35,266 nt of DNA from a virus (taxonomy: Duplodnaviria > Caudoviricetes), in the IMG/VR virus record IMGVR_UViG_3300046170_000061, positions 1 through 35,266 of that record; one strand, 5' to 3'. The translations under genes were made by a program, and so were the position numbers. This document shows, in pieces, positions 8,644-17,220 of the stretch (its first letter is position 1; each line of letters opens with the position of its first letter). Under the pieces are notes generated by a model. It was not told where the DNA came from. It did no database searches and was given only the letters and a program-made list of their open reading frames with translations.

Positions 8644-8748
8644 ATGATTAATTTAGCATTAACTACATTCGCACATATAATCATGATTGGTTGCACATTA
8701 TGGATTATAAGAGAAATGATTAATATAATTATTAGGGGGAAAAAATGA
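8644..8748 (+). CDS. Small hydrophobic peptide (34 aa, MINLALTTFAHIIMIGCTLWIIREMINIIIRGKK)
   Basis: Fills the gap exactly; ATGA overlap with the next gene. Confidence 0.6.
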   Translation: MINLALTTFAHIIMIGCTLWIIREMINIIIRGKK

Positions 8749-9005
8749 CAACATTGTTAGAAGATCTAGAAAACCTGGTTAATGATTTACAAAGTGACAA
8801 GATTACAAAAAAACAGGTCATACAATCATTAAAAAATATTGTCGAATACGAAGAAAAACAATGCGAAGATTGCCAAGGGAAAGGATATATTTTTACTTAT
8901 GCCAAGCATGATAATTTTTTATCCATTGAACGCTGTGACACTTGCAAAAAATTTAATAACGATGATGAAGCAAAAAATTTCGTAAGGGAGGAAGTAAAAC
9001 AATGA
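8745..9005 (+). CDS. Small zinc-finger protein (CxxCxGxG...CxxC)
   Basis: CEDCQGKG and CDTC; SD AGGGGG. Confidence 0.7.
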   Translation: MTTLLEDLENLVNDLQSDKITKKQVIQSLKNIVEYEEKQCEDCQGKGYIFTYAKHDNFLSIERCDTCKKFNNDDEAKNFVREEVKQ

Positions 9006-9181
9006 ACAGATATGAAAAATATTTATACGATCAATTTAAAAAGCTTAAATATACCGAATATGGCTTTAAAATTAAAATATCTGATGGTCAAGACAACACA
9101 ACAAATTGGATGGATTTAACACCAAACAGAGCAAAAGACATTTTAAAAATATTGGAGGAAAAAAATAATGAGCCAAGTTAA
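9002..9181 (+). CDS. Hypothetical protein (59 aa, MNRYEKYLYDQF...)
   Basis: SD GGAGG; ATGA overlap; manual translation. Confidence 0.7.
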   Translation: MNRYEKYLYDQFKKLKYTEYGFKIKISDGQDNTTNWMDLTPNRAKDILKILEEKNNEPS

Positions 9182-9506
9182 AGCGGATTATTTTTACCAA
9201 AAGCCAAAAGTAAAAAATAAAACAAAAAAACTTTGTAAAGAAATACAAAGACGCAGAAACCTGGCATTTGGTCAGTCTAATTTAATTAGTTATGAGATTG
9301 GCAGAAAATATTTAAAGGTGGGGGAAGTTGCTCCCACTTTTGGCGGTTTATTAAATGCAATAGCTTTTATAGATATGGAAGGAAATATTTTTAAAAGTGC
9401 ATCACACGATAGAGCTGCTAAACACAAAAGAGGAAATATCTTTAGTGAACAAGAAGGCACAGAAGCAATAGACGCAACAGGATTTATAAAACATTTAAGG
9501 GGGTAA
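9168..9506 (+). CDS. Phage hypothetical protein
   Basis: SD GGAGG; GRKYLKV...AFID..GNIFKSAS....AKH.RGNI pattern. Confidence 0.75.
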   Translation: MSQVKADYFYQKPKVKNKTKKLCKEIQRRRNLAFGQSNLISYEIGRKYLKVGEVAPTFGGLLNAIAFIDMEGNIFKSASHDRAAKHKRGNIFSEQEGTEAIDATGFIKHLRG

Positions 9507-9507
9507 T

Positions 9508-9660
9508 ATGGATATAAAGCTTTCACAAGAAGAAATATCTTTTTTAGCTTTTTGGTTAAAAGAAGATCTAGACTTAGAAAAAAAAAATAAAACACTAAGT
9601 ACAAACGGATTAAAATTATTAAAAAGTGTATTTAAAAAAATAAAGGAAAAAAAACAATGA
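9508..9660 (+). CDS. Hypothetical protein (50 aa, MDIKLSQEEISF...)
   Basis: SD AAGGGGGT; ATGA overlap with the methyltransferase gene. Confidence 0.65.
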   Translation: MDIKLSQEEISFLAFWLKEDLDLEKKNKTLSTNGLKLLKSVFKKIKEKKQ

Positions 9661-10610
9661 ATGTATTATCTTTATTTGACGGAATGTCTTGCGGACAGAT
9701 AGCACTGAACAAATTAAATATTAAATATAATAATTACTTTGCATCAGAAATTGATAAATACGCAATCCAAATAACAAAAAAAAATTTTCCTAATACAAAG
9801 CATATTGGTGATGTTACCCAGGTTTTACAAAAAGATTTACCAAAAATAGATTTATTAATTGGTGGTTCACCATGCCAAGGTTTTAGTTTTGCTGGAAAAC
9901 AATTAGCCTTTGACGATCCTAGAAGTAAATTATTTTTTGAATTTGTTAGATTGTTAAAAGAACTAAAGCCAAAATATTTTTTATTAGAAAATGTTAGAAT
10001 GAAAAAAGAATATTTGGATATTATTTCTAAATATTTAGGAGTCGAACCCATTAAAATAAATTCTTCTTTATTGTCTGCACAAAACAGAGTTAGGTATTAT
10101 TGGACTAATATTCCTAATATTGAACAACCAAAAGAAAAAGGAATTGTTTTAAAAGACATTCTACAAGCAGATCATGAAGAAAAAACAGTTAAAGACACAA
10201 AAAGAAATCAAAGGCACTACCGATCATTTGAAGATAAATCTTTGTGTTTAACCGCGACTGCTTACAAAGGTGCTGGTAATAATGGCATGACTCTTGTACC
10301 TATCCAAGTTGGAATGGCTACAGATATAAACGGACATGACATCTTAAAAAGAATTTATTCTGCACAAGGTAAATCACCTACTTTAAATGCTTGTACAGGA
10401 GGTAATAGAGAGCCAAAAATAGCTTCAAATATGACATTATATCGTAAATTAACACCGATTGAATGTGAAAGATTGCAGACTGTTCCAGAAAATTACACAA
10501 ATGGAGTATCAAACACTCAAAGATATAAGATGCTTGGTAATGGTTGGACTGTAGATGTTATTACCCACATTCTGAAAAATATGTCTTTACAAGATAGCAA
10601 TAATGGCTAG
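9657..10610 (+). CDS. DNA (cytosine-5)-methyltransferase, apparently orphan
   Basis: Motif I SLFDGMSCG, motif IV GGSPCQGFS, motif VI ENV, motif VIII QNRVRYYW, motifs IX/X ECERLQ..RYKMLGNGW. Confidence 0.95.
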   Translation: MNVLSLFDGMSCGQIALNKLNIKYNNYFASEIDKYAIQITKKNFPNTKHIGDVTQVLQKDLPKIDLLIGGSPCQGFSFAGKQLAFDDPRSKLFFEFVRLLKELKPKYFLLENVRMKKEYLDIISKYLGVEPIKINSSLLSAQNRVRYYWTNIPNIEQPKEKGIVLKDILQADHEEKTVKDTKRNQRHYRSFEDKSLCLTATAYKGAGNNGMTLVPIQVGMATDINGHDILKRIYSAQGKSPTLNACTGGNREPKIASNMTLYRKLTPIECERLQTVPENYTNGVSNTQRYKMLGNGWTVDVITHILKNMSLQDSNNG

Positions 10611-10630
10611 TGTTATAAATAACGGAGGTT
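10586..10630 (+). promoter_or_regulatory. Probable second + strand promoter/operator and RBS
   Basis: TTTACA (10586) followed by palindrome TAGCAATAATGGCTA (10595-10609); TAACGGAGGTT RBS nearly identical to the one before 8216. Confidence 0.55.
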
Positions 10631-10635
10631 AAACA

Positions 10636-11515
10636 ATGAATGATTTTAATTTTGTGGGGGAACATTGGTTGAAGCATGGACTCAATCATTTATCACCCAC
10701 CCAGAAAAACAAACCGCTTTGCGGATGGTGGTACGAATACGTTTACAGGGATCAAGAATGGAGAAGGAAGAAAAAACCAAATGCCAAAATGTTTGCAGGA
10801 ATATCTGCACAAATTGGATGGGATAATTACGCACTCTTTGACAAGTCTGAAGATGAGTCTGTTGACCTGGCGGTTAAAGATTACCAAAAAAGAAAAGGTA
10901 ATTTTATTGATGATGAAAAAGAAATGAAACAATTTGAAGTGAACCTGGAAGCTATACCAGCTACAGTTAAAAATTATATCCAGGCATTAAAAGATTTAGA
11001 AATTAAGAAACATAAAAATATTAATAGTGAACGCTATGTAAATTTATGGATGGATGGTATTGACATTCCTTGGACTGGTCGTACCTGATATGGAAACAGA
11101 TGAGTTTTTTATAGAAGCAAAAACGAAATGGCAAAGACGAGGTGGTAAGCCTAGGAAAGATGGTACTTACAATTATGGAAAGGTTGCAATACCACAAGAA
11201 CCAGAAAAGGCACATGTGGATCAAGTATCTTTTTACAGAGCTGCCACAAAGAAGCCAGGCTATTTAATTTATGCAACACCCTATGAGTATAAAGTTTTCA
11301 GCACTAGTCAGTCCTCCGCTTTAAGTGCTGAAGTCGGTGAGAGCTGTATGAAGGATTTCTATCGTACAGCTCTTACAAGACAGAACCTGGTTAAGCTATC
11401 GGATGATGCGGAGCATATAGCGAAAAATTTTATACAACCAGATTTCAATAACATTAACTATTATGGTTACACACCAGAAGAATTATCGGAGGTAAAACAA
11501 TTTTATGGTCGCTAA
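10636..11515 (+). CDS. PD-(D/E)xK exonuclease-like protein (~292 aa), split by a 1-bp insertion at 11084-11085
   Basis: HLSPT N-terminal motif; removing one C joins the two ORFs into the catalytic motif GRTDMETDEFFIEAKT; QVSFY motif follows. Confidence 0.8.
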
Positions 11516-11720
11516 TATAATACCACTAGAACCTTTTCTTAATTCATTAGAACTATCGGAAGAATATAGAATATATCCTTTAGTAAAAATGGATTACCAA
11601 AAAAGAAAAGAAAGAGAATTAATTCAACAATGTAGATGTAGAAACAGACTTAAAGAAAAACAGAATATGAAATGGATTTGGTTTAACATTAAGAAAGGAA
11701 CGGATGAACACACAAGATAA
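11505..11720 (+). CDS. Hypothetical protein
   Basis: SD GGAGGT; overlaps both neighbours. Confidence 0.6.
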   Translation: MVANIIPLEPFLNSLELSEEYRIYPLVKMDYQKRKERELIQQCRCRNRLKEKQNMKWIWFNIKKGTDEHTR

Positions 11721-12363
11721 ATTAAAAGCAGCTATCGCAATTTATGAAAAAGATTTTCAAAAGAATGCGATGACAGTTAGAGGCGGAAAGAAATATGGAA
11801 CAGTTAATCAAAGACTGAAAGCCTTTAGAATGTATTTCCCTGATGCTTCTATAACAATAGATGTCATTAAAAACGAAAGAGTCCAGGTTAAGAACTTGGA
11901 AACTGAAGTTGTTGTGATGAAATGTTCTATTAGTATTGATGGAAAAACTGTTTCAACAGGCATAGCAGAGGAGTTTAGAGAAGGATCAGCTCCAGTAAAT
12001 GTAACAAGTTTTTGGGAGGTATGCGAAACCAGTGCGATTGGTCGTAGCCTTGCCAATTTAGGTTTTAGCGGACAGGAGTTTGCGTCTTATGATGAGATAC
12101 AAATAGCGGAAGCTAAAAGCCAGACTATCAGTAGCTCTGGTACAAAAGCAGATAAACCAAAGGATGAATTATTATCCTTACATGAATTTACTGCTGCTGT
12201 AGATCAAGCAAAAAGATCATATCACTTAGATGAAATAGTCACCAAATTTAAATCTTGGCTAGGAAGTTTAAGTGAAGAAGATGTAAAAACAGCTAGGTCT
12301 ATTTACAATAAAAAAAAAGAAGAACTCAATACAATGAAGAAAGGAAAACATTTACATGAGTAG
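11704..12363 (+). CDS. Single-strand annealing protein (Sak/Rad52-like superfamily, probable)
   Basis: GKKY..V..RL..FR, TGIAEE, E.CETSAIGR.LANLG; adjacent to an exonuclease. Confidence 0.7.
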   Translation: MNTQDKLKAAIAIYEKDFQKNAMTVRGGKKYGTVNQRLKAFRMYFPDASITIDVIKNERVQVKNLETEVVVMKCSISIDGKTVSTGIAEEFREGSAPVNVTSFWEVCETSAIGRSLANLGFSGQEFASYDEIQIAEAKSQTISSSGTKADKPKDELLSLHEFTAAVDQAKRSYHLDEIVTKFKSWLGSLSEEDVKTARSIYNKKKEELNTMKKGKHLHE

Positions 12364-12640
12364 AAAATATTTAAACATGTTCCCAGGAGATGATCTGAAA
12401 GGATCAATGACAAACTGGGGGAAGAAACCCCTGGCATCTTCTCACAAAGAAGGTTTTACACCTCAAGAAGATATTGTCTTGAAAGCTGGTCAGCCATACA
12501 AACTAACACTATGGCAAGGAACAACAAAGAACACTGGTTACCCAACAGTATCTTTAGCGGTGGAAGAATGGCAGCCATTTACAGGCGGCAGCTCTAACAA
12601 TGCTGAAGGTAATACAGGATCAGACGAAGCTCCTTTTTAG
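12356..12640 (+). CDS. Possible ssDNA-binding protein
   Basis: Follows the annealing protein; flexible tail ending in SSB-like DEAPF. Confidence 0.5.
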   Translation: MSRKYLNMFPGDDLKGSMTNWGKKPLASSHKEGFTPQEDIVLKAGQPYKLTLWQGTTKNTGYPTVSLAVEEWQPFTGGSSNNAEGNTGSDEAPF

Positions 12641-12642
12641 TC

Positions 12643-12834
12643 ATGAAAGATCAAAAGACTCTACAATATTACACCAGAGGTGAGGTCTTAAACAAAGAAG
12701 AAAGAGCCAGGAAGAAATACAGAAGCTATGTAGAAAGACGAATTTTTCATCCTGGTTTTTTTTCTAATAAAAATGTAAAGGAGGAAGAAGATTGCCAGAA
12801 CAAATCAATCCCGACCACTATCAAAAAGAAATAG
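12643..12834 (+). CDS. Hypothetical protein
   Basis: ORF in operon. Confidence 0.5.
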   Translation: MKDQKTLQYYTRGEVLNKEERARKKYRSYVERRIFHPGFFSNKNVKEEEDCQNKSIPTTIKKK

Positions 12835-13025
12835 AAACCTTTGATGCTATTGCTAGTCAATTAACAAAAGAACAAGTCATAGGATATTTAAGATTTTCTA
12901 TTATGAAATATGTTTGTCGCTTTGGTGCGAAACATAACAGCACCCAGGAAGCCAAGCTAATGGATATTGGTAAAGCAGAATGGTACACAAATAAATTACT
13001 GCAATATCTAAACGATCATGGCTAG
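12792..13025 (+). CDS. DUF3310-like protein (T7 gp1.7 nucleotide kinase-related)
   Basis: INPDHY..IETFDAI...GYL....KY..R...K....DI.KAEWY; TTG start with SD GAGG. Confidence 0.8.
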   Translation: MPEQINPDHYQKEIETFDAIASQLTKEQVIGYLRFSIMKYVCRFGAKHNSTQEAKLMDIGKAEWYTNKLLQYLNDHG

Positions 13026-13401
13026 ATGGAATTACTTTAACAGAGGGGATCATTACTCTGAATGGCATCGCAAGTTTGAAGGTATTGCGATGATTGATGT
13101 AGACTCTGTAGAGTGTTGCAAGGTTTGTTATGAACCCCTGGCTATCATTGAGGTAGCGATGGATAAAGGTCAAAACAAAGCCTATACCTTAGTCAAAAAG
13201 ATAGCTGATAAAATGCAGCTCCCTGGTTTTGTTGTTTTATATACTGCGGAACAAGATGAAATAACACAGTTTAGAATTAAACGAGTGAGTCCACAAGTTT
13301 CCAAAACTTATAGAATAGCAGAACCAGGACTCTGGTTATCTTATTTAAAGAGTTTACAAGACAGCTGCAAGAGCTGTAGTATAGATAATATAGAATGGTA
13401 A
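13018..13401 (+). CDS. Hypothetical protein with a restriction-endonuclease-like fold (probable)
   Basis: YSEWHR...IDVDSVE...PLAIIE pattern. Confidence 0.55.
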   Translation: MARWNYFNRGDHYSEWHRKFEGIAMIDVDSVECCKVCYEPLAIIEVAMDKGQNKAYTLVKKIADKMQLPGFVVLYTAEQDEITQFRIKRVSPQVSKTYRIAEPGLWLSYLKSLQDSCKSCSIDNIEW

Positions 13402-13571
13402 AATTTATATTATGGATTTCAATGTGTAGCGGTACACAATGTGCAACAATAGATCAAGCATACGAAAGCTATCAACAATGTAACTTGGTCGCTAGAGATG
13501 TTTTGTTAATCATGCAAGAAAATAATATAGATAGATTCTACATAGCTTGTGAAAAAAGAAGCGGAGTATAA
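13395..13571 (+). CDS. Small 4-Cys protein (58 aa, MVKFILWISMCSGTQC...)
   Basis: Manual translation; fills the gap and overlaps both neighbours. Confidence 0.65.
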   Translation: MVKFILWISMCSGTQCATIDQAYESYQQCNLVARDVLLIMQENNIDRFYIACEKRSGV

Positions 13572-13731
13572 ATCCAGAGGTAAATCTTTTAACTACAGCC
13601 TGGAGCTGCACCCTTGCCAGGTCTGTACCAGAAAATGGATAGAACTAAATCTCATGCGAGTAAATCATTATGCACTAAAGAAACCAGAATATGAGTGTTT
13701 TGCGTGTTATAATGCTAAAAATAACCCATAA
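13549..13731 (+). CDS. Small zinc-ribbon protein
   Basis: CQVC...CFAC. Confidence 0.6.
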   Translation: MKKEAEYKSRGKSFNYSLELHPCQVCTRKWIELNLMRVNHYALKKPEYECFACYNAKNNP

Positions 13732-13784
13732 AAATCCATTTTAAGAGCCTTCTAAGGGGTATTTATATAGATACTAGTATAATC

Positions 13785-14126
13785 TTATTCGGTTATCTTG
13801 ATACTGAACTTAGGTATCTTCTTAATATAATCTCTACGCAGTCTAATATTAAGCATTTTGTTTAAACAATCATCCTGGTAAAAGTTTTGTAACTGATACA
13901 GCAGCTCTACTAGCTTGGCATCTGATTTATTATGGGTAACATAGATAACATCTTTATGGCTAGGTCTTAGGTCTGTAGAATTAGATCCCCAGTAATTTTC
14001 AAACGCAGCTCCAGTCTTACTGGTAACACCAATATAATATTCACCAGATGTATAGTAAGTCTTATAGACTTTATAAACTGGTTGTCTTTTAAGTTTCTTT
14101 TTTTTCTTTTTGACGGATCGCACCAC
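13785..14126 (-). CDS. GIY-YIG-like endonuclease domain protein
   Basis: VYKT......YYIG followed by YWGS, a conserved E and a C-terminal LN. Confidence 0.6.
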   Translation of the reverse strand: MVRSVKKKKKKLKRQPVYKVYKTYYTSGEYYIGVTSKTGAAFENYWGSNSTDLRPSHKDVIYVTHNKSDAKLVELLYQLQNFYQDDCLNKMLNIRLRRDYIKKIPKFSIKITE

Positions 14127-14268
14127 AGTCTACACAAGTCCACAGTTCTAAAAAATTATCCGACATGCAAGGATATTTCTTACAATCAGGACATATCTTT
14201 TGTTGAGAGTTCTTTTTATAAGTTTCTTGTTGTTCCCTGGTTTTACTAGACCAATCGTACCAGTGCAT
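14089..14268 (-). CDS. Small zinc-ribbon protein (59 aa, MHWYDWSS...CPDC...CVDCG)
   Basis: Manual translation; TAATG coupling to the upstream ORF. Confidence 0.7.
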   Translation of the reverse strand: MHWYDWSSKTREQQETYKKNSQQKICPDCKKYPCMSDNFLELWTCVDCGAIRQKEKKET

Positions 14269-14402
14269 TAAATATTAGCTATGATACCAATAACAACAAG
14301 ACCAACAAATAAAACCATAAGTTTCTTTTTTAAAGGTGCATTACTAAACCAGGCTATTGCTTTATCTGTCTTGTCAATCATCTTGTAAAAAAATATTTCC
14401 AT
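14268..14402 (-). CDS. Small membrane protein (44 aa, C-terminal TM)
   Basis: SD AGGAG; KKKLMVLFVGLVVIGIIANI. Confidence 0.7.
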   Translation of the reverse strand: MEIFFYKMIDKTDKAIAWFSNAPLKKKLMVLFVGLVVIGIIANI

Positions 14403-14410
14403 GTTATCTC

Positions 14411-14797
14411 CTACTTTTTAAATTTTTTAATAGCAAGATCAGTAATCTTGATACCAAATGAACTGGCTATAGCAGCCATTAATGCGTATATATACCAGTC
14501 TGGTAAGCTATTCAAGGTATCAAATCCTTCTTTTAACTTGTCTACCCACTCAGGTTTATTAGCAAAGATAGAAATAAATACAATCACCAGGGGAATAGAT
14601 AATAAAATAGTAAACCATTCATCCCGCCAGGAGTCTTTCATATTTTTTTGAGCTGCTATCTCATAATCAATTTTACCTTCAGCCATTTTGATGGCATGAG
14701 TTTGTTCTGCTTTTGCCAAAAGCTTCTTCGTTTCTGTTTTTGTTTTCATAACATCAACAGCTCCTTTAGCAACAGTACCTAATAAAGACCAAATCAT
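14411..14797 (-). CDS. Holin-like membrane protein
   Basis: Likely start MIWSLLG at 14797; SWRDEW followed by a TM, LPDWY followed by a TM, basic C-terminus. Confidence 0.7.
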   Translation of the reverse strand: MIWSLLGTVAKGAVDVMKTKTETKKLLAKAEQTHAIKMAEGKIDYEIAAQKNMKDSWRDEWFTILLSIPLVIVFISIFANKPEWVDKLKEGFDTLNSLPDWYIYALMAAIASSFGIKITDLAIKKFKK

Positions 14798-15108
14798 TTT
14801 TTTAATGGTGAGTCTAATGTACACTCACCCTCCTCTGAAACGTATAATAATCTCACACCTAATTCTTTTTGTAAAGGTGTAGGTGATCTATAAATATAAT
14901 TATTTTTAGAGTTTACTCTTTTCCCGGTTCTTCTGTAACTAGAAGATTTAACATCTACTAACAAAACTTGTTTGTTTTCTGGATCATAACAACAAAAATC
15001 TATAGGGGATTGGACAGCTTTTTTTGCATAAACAATGTAGCCTTGTTGAGTTAGCCACAGCTCTGCTGCCATTTCGGATTGAAAGCCTTTTAATATTCGC
15101 TTATCCAC
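14794..15108 (-). CDS. PD-(D/E)xK endonuclease (resolvase/homing-like)
   Basis: KG..SE..A..WL...GY.V...PIDF...LVDVKS. Confidence 0.75.
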   Translation of the reverse strand: MDKRILKGFQSEMAAELWLTQQGYIVYAKKAVQSPIDFCCYDPENKQVLLVDVKSSSYRRTGKRVNSKNNYIYRSPTPLQKELGVRLLYVSEEGECTLDSPLKK

Positions 15109-15129
15109 ATGATAACTATAACGAATTAT

Positions 15130-15372
15130 TTAATTATTAAAGCCAAAAAAGTTTGTGAATAGAGCTATAGCTGCGATGATAATACCTCCGAATAAAGCGA
15201 TTGCTTTAATACCACCAGCTCCCATATTCATACGTTTATTAAGATCAGCAATATCTTTTGATTGCATATCCATTGTATCAGATATTTGATTTATTTTTTC
15301 TTGCATAACATTAACCTGGGTAATTAACACCTCAATCTTTTGAGCGGTTGTTAATTTGGTTAGGTTTGGCAT
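15130..15372 (-). CDS. Coiled-coil protein with C-terminal TM (possible lysis accessory)
   Basis: Heptad region followed by GAGGIKAIALFGGIIIAAIALF. Confidence 0.7.
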   Translation of the reverse strand: MPNLTKLTTAQKIEVLITQVNVMQEKINQISDTMDMQSKDIADLNKRMNMGAGGIKAIALFGGIIIAAIALFTNFFGFNN

Positions 15373-15373
15373 T

Positions 15374-15538
15374 TTATGCAGCTTCGCTTGGTTTCTTTTG
15401 GTATTTTAATTCTATGTTTTCAGCTCTTAGAGCCTGGTTCTTGGTCTTTTCAACTTCTAACATGTCTAAAATCATGTGATAACTTTTCTTCATTTCATAA
15501 TATTCTTTCTCAATCGAGTGAGCTTCAGCAGCGGTCAT
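15374..15538 (-). CDS. Small coiled-coil protein
   Basis: Start reassigned to MTAAEAH (15538) because of SD GAAAGGA; TTGACA at 15602-15597 may be its -35. Confidence 0.65.
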   Translation of the reverse strand: MTAAEAHSIEKEYYEMKKSYHMILDMLEVEKTKNQALRAENIELKYQKKPSEAA

Positions 15539-15604
15539 GTCTTTTCCTTTCAATAAATTGTGATGTGAGGGATCGAAGTTATTAAATTCCATTTTTATGT
15601 CAAT

Positions 15605-16078
15605 CTATTTTATTCCAGACAGAGGATTTTCCAATGCTTTCTTTATTTTTAAGTCTAATTCTTCTTCTAGTTTTTTAATATCATCTTCAAATATTCTTAG
15701 TTCATCTCTTAAAGTGTTCTTCATTTCATTTACTAGGCTTTCTGTATATCGACTATCTTTCTCAAGTTGAGTTATGTCAGATTTAAGATCTGATTTTAAT
15801 GACTCAGCTACCGAACTTACTAGCTGTATTTCCTCTAAGACCATAGATATTTCACCCTGAAGCATATCTACTTGTTGTTGCACTAAGTCAATTCGTTTGT
15901 CAAAACCGCTAAGATCAGGAGCTGCATAATCTTGGATCTGTTCTTTCATGGTAAGATAATCTTTATAAAACTCAAAACCTCCCCATAATGCACCAACAGA
16001 TGTAACTAATGCTGTAATGATAGCAAAGATCTTGCCACCTTTAAATTTTATACCGCCAGGTAATTCTAATTCTGCCAT
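15605..16078 (-). CDS. Membrane-anchored coiled-coil protein
   Basis: N-terminal TM IFAIITALVTSVGALWGGF, long heptad region, ALENPL end. Confidence 0.8.
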   Translation of the reverse strand: MAELELPGGIKFKGGKIFAIITALVTSVGALWGGFEFYKDYLTMKEQIQDYAAPDLSGFDKRIDLVQQQVDMLQGEISMVLEEIQLVSSVAESLKSDLKSDITQLEKDSRYTESLVNEMKNTLRDELRIFEDDIKKLEEELDLKIKKALENPLSGIK

Positions 16079-17220
16079 TGACTATCTACCATTTCATTAA
16101 TTGCCAAGTAATCCATATACCCTATAACATTTGCTCCATTATCTTGTATCACATCCTGTGTACTATAGAAAGTTAGATCCTCATAGTAGTTTGTATCTGT
16201 AATTGTAGATGTAAGGTCTGTAAAGCTAATATCAGACAGCACTACCATTAGAGCTAGTTGTGTAGTTTGTGCTTCATTTGATGTTTTATCCTCTTGTTTT
16301 GCCATTAATTTATTAGCAATCTTTTGTTTTATTTCTTTTTCTGGAACTACTTCTTGTGTTGTTTCTTGTGTCATCTCCATTTCTGTTTCAATCTCTGCTT
16401 CTATCTCTATTACTTCTGGAGTTTCTTCTATTGTTTCTGTCATCTCTATTGTCATTTCTTGTGTAGATGTATCTGTAAAATCCATTTCAATAACTAAATC
16501 ATCTGTATATATATTTTCTAAAACAACCTCCATTTGAACATCTTCTATTTTTATATTATCTTGGACAATATCATCGACTACATCCAGGATGATTTCAGTA
16601 ACAATATCAACAGTTTTGTATTGTATCTCCAAGAAAGGATCTGAGATTATTCCTCCAAACATACCGCTAGTATACCCAGCATCTACAGACCAAATATCCA
16701 TTTTAAAATTAACATCTGTATAACTATTAACACCAATGTTTTGTGCATATTTGTAGTCTTTAACACCAGAATAGTCCATTTCCACAGTGTGTTCATAGGT
16801 ATTAATAGAACTACCATCTGATTTAGTTACATGTAGTTTTATTGTAAAATAATCTCTGCAATCTCCATTAGTATTTTGACAGCCAGGAACAGATGTATTA
16901 GATATATGGCTTTCTATAGATGCACCATACTCTAAATCAAAGCCTTGTTGCATTTCTGCAACACTTAATCCTTGGTCTTTCAATGAGTATTCTTCGCTAA
17001 TAATACCACCTCCACCAATAGCTGTGCCACCTTGGTCAGCACTACCCGTACATACTTCACCATCTTCTAATGTACCAGAGTAGCTGCACTGCTCTGTTGA
17101 GGCTCTGTCGTATGTAGTCCAGGTATCAGCTGGATCTAATATGTTTTCTGTGGTGAGTTCTTCTGCTTTAGAAAAGGAGCAATAAACTAAGAGCCATAAG
17201 ACCAAAGTTTTTAAGACCAT
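16066..17220 (-). CDS. Exported acidic protein (signal peptide, beta-rich Cys-paired domain, Glu/Thr-rich linker)
   Basis: SD GAAGGAG before ATG 17220; MVLKTLVLWLLVYCSFSKA-EE signal peptide; four Cys in the mature N-terminal domain. Confidence 0.8.
   Translation of the reverse strand: MVLKTLVLWLLVYCSFSKAEELTTENILDPADTWTTYDRASTEQCSYSGTLEDGEVCTGSADQGGTAIGGGGIISEEYSLKDQGLSVAEMQQGFDLEYGASIESHISNTSVPGCQNTNGDCRDYFTIKLHVTKSDGSSINTYEHTVEMDYSGVKDYKYAQNIGVNSYTDVNFKMDIWSVDAGYTSGMFGGIISDPFLEIQYKTVDIVTEIILDVVDDIVQDNIKIEDVQMEVVLENIYTDDLVIEMDFTDTSTQEMTIEMTETIEETPEVIEIEAEIETEMEMTQETTQEVVPEKEIKQKIANKLMAKQEDKTSNEAQTTQLALMVVLSDISFTDLTSTITDTNYYEDLTFYSTQDVIQDNGANVIGYMDYLAINEMVDSQWQN

Noticed and set aside
9657-11515. 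Methyltransferase plus adjacent nuclease as a type II restriction-modification system
   Set aside because: The nuclease resembles phage recombination exonucleases, has its own promoter-like region and sits beside an annealase
9290-12056. - strand ORFs 9290..9604, 9734..10051, 10693..10932, 11021..11224 and 11808..12056, plus + strand 10676..10927
   Set aside because: Antisense or off-frame shadows of the coupled early operon
13732-13784. Bidirectional terminator at the convergence point
   Set aside because: Only weak, interrupted complementarity; not supportable by eye
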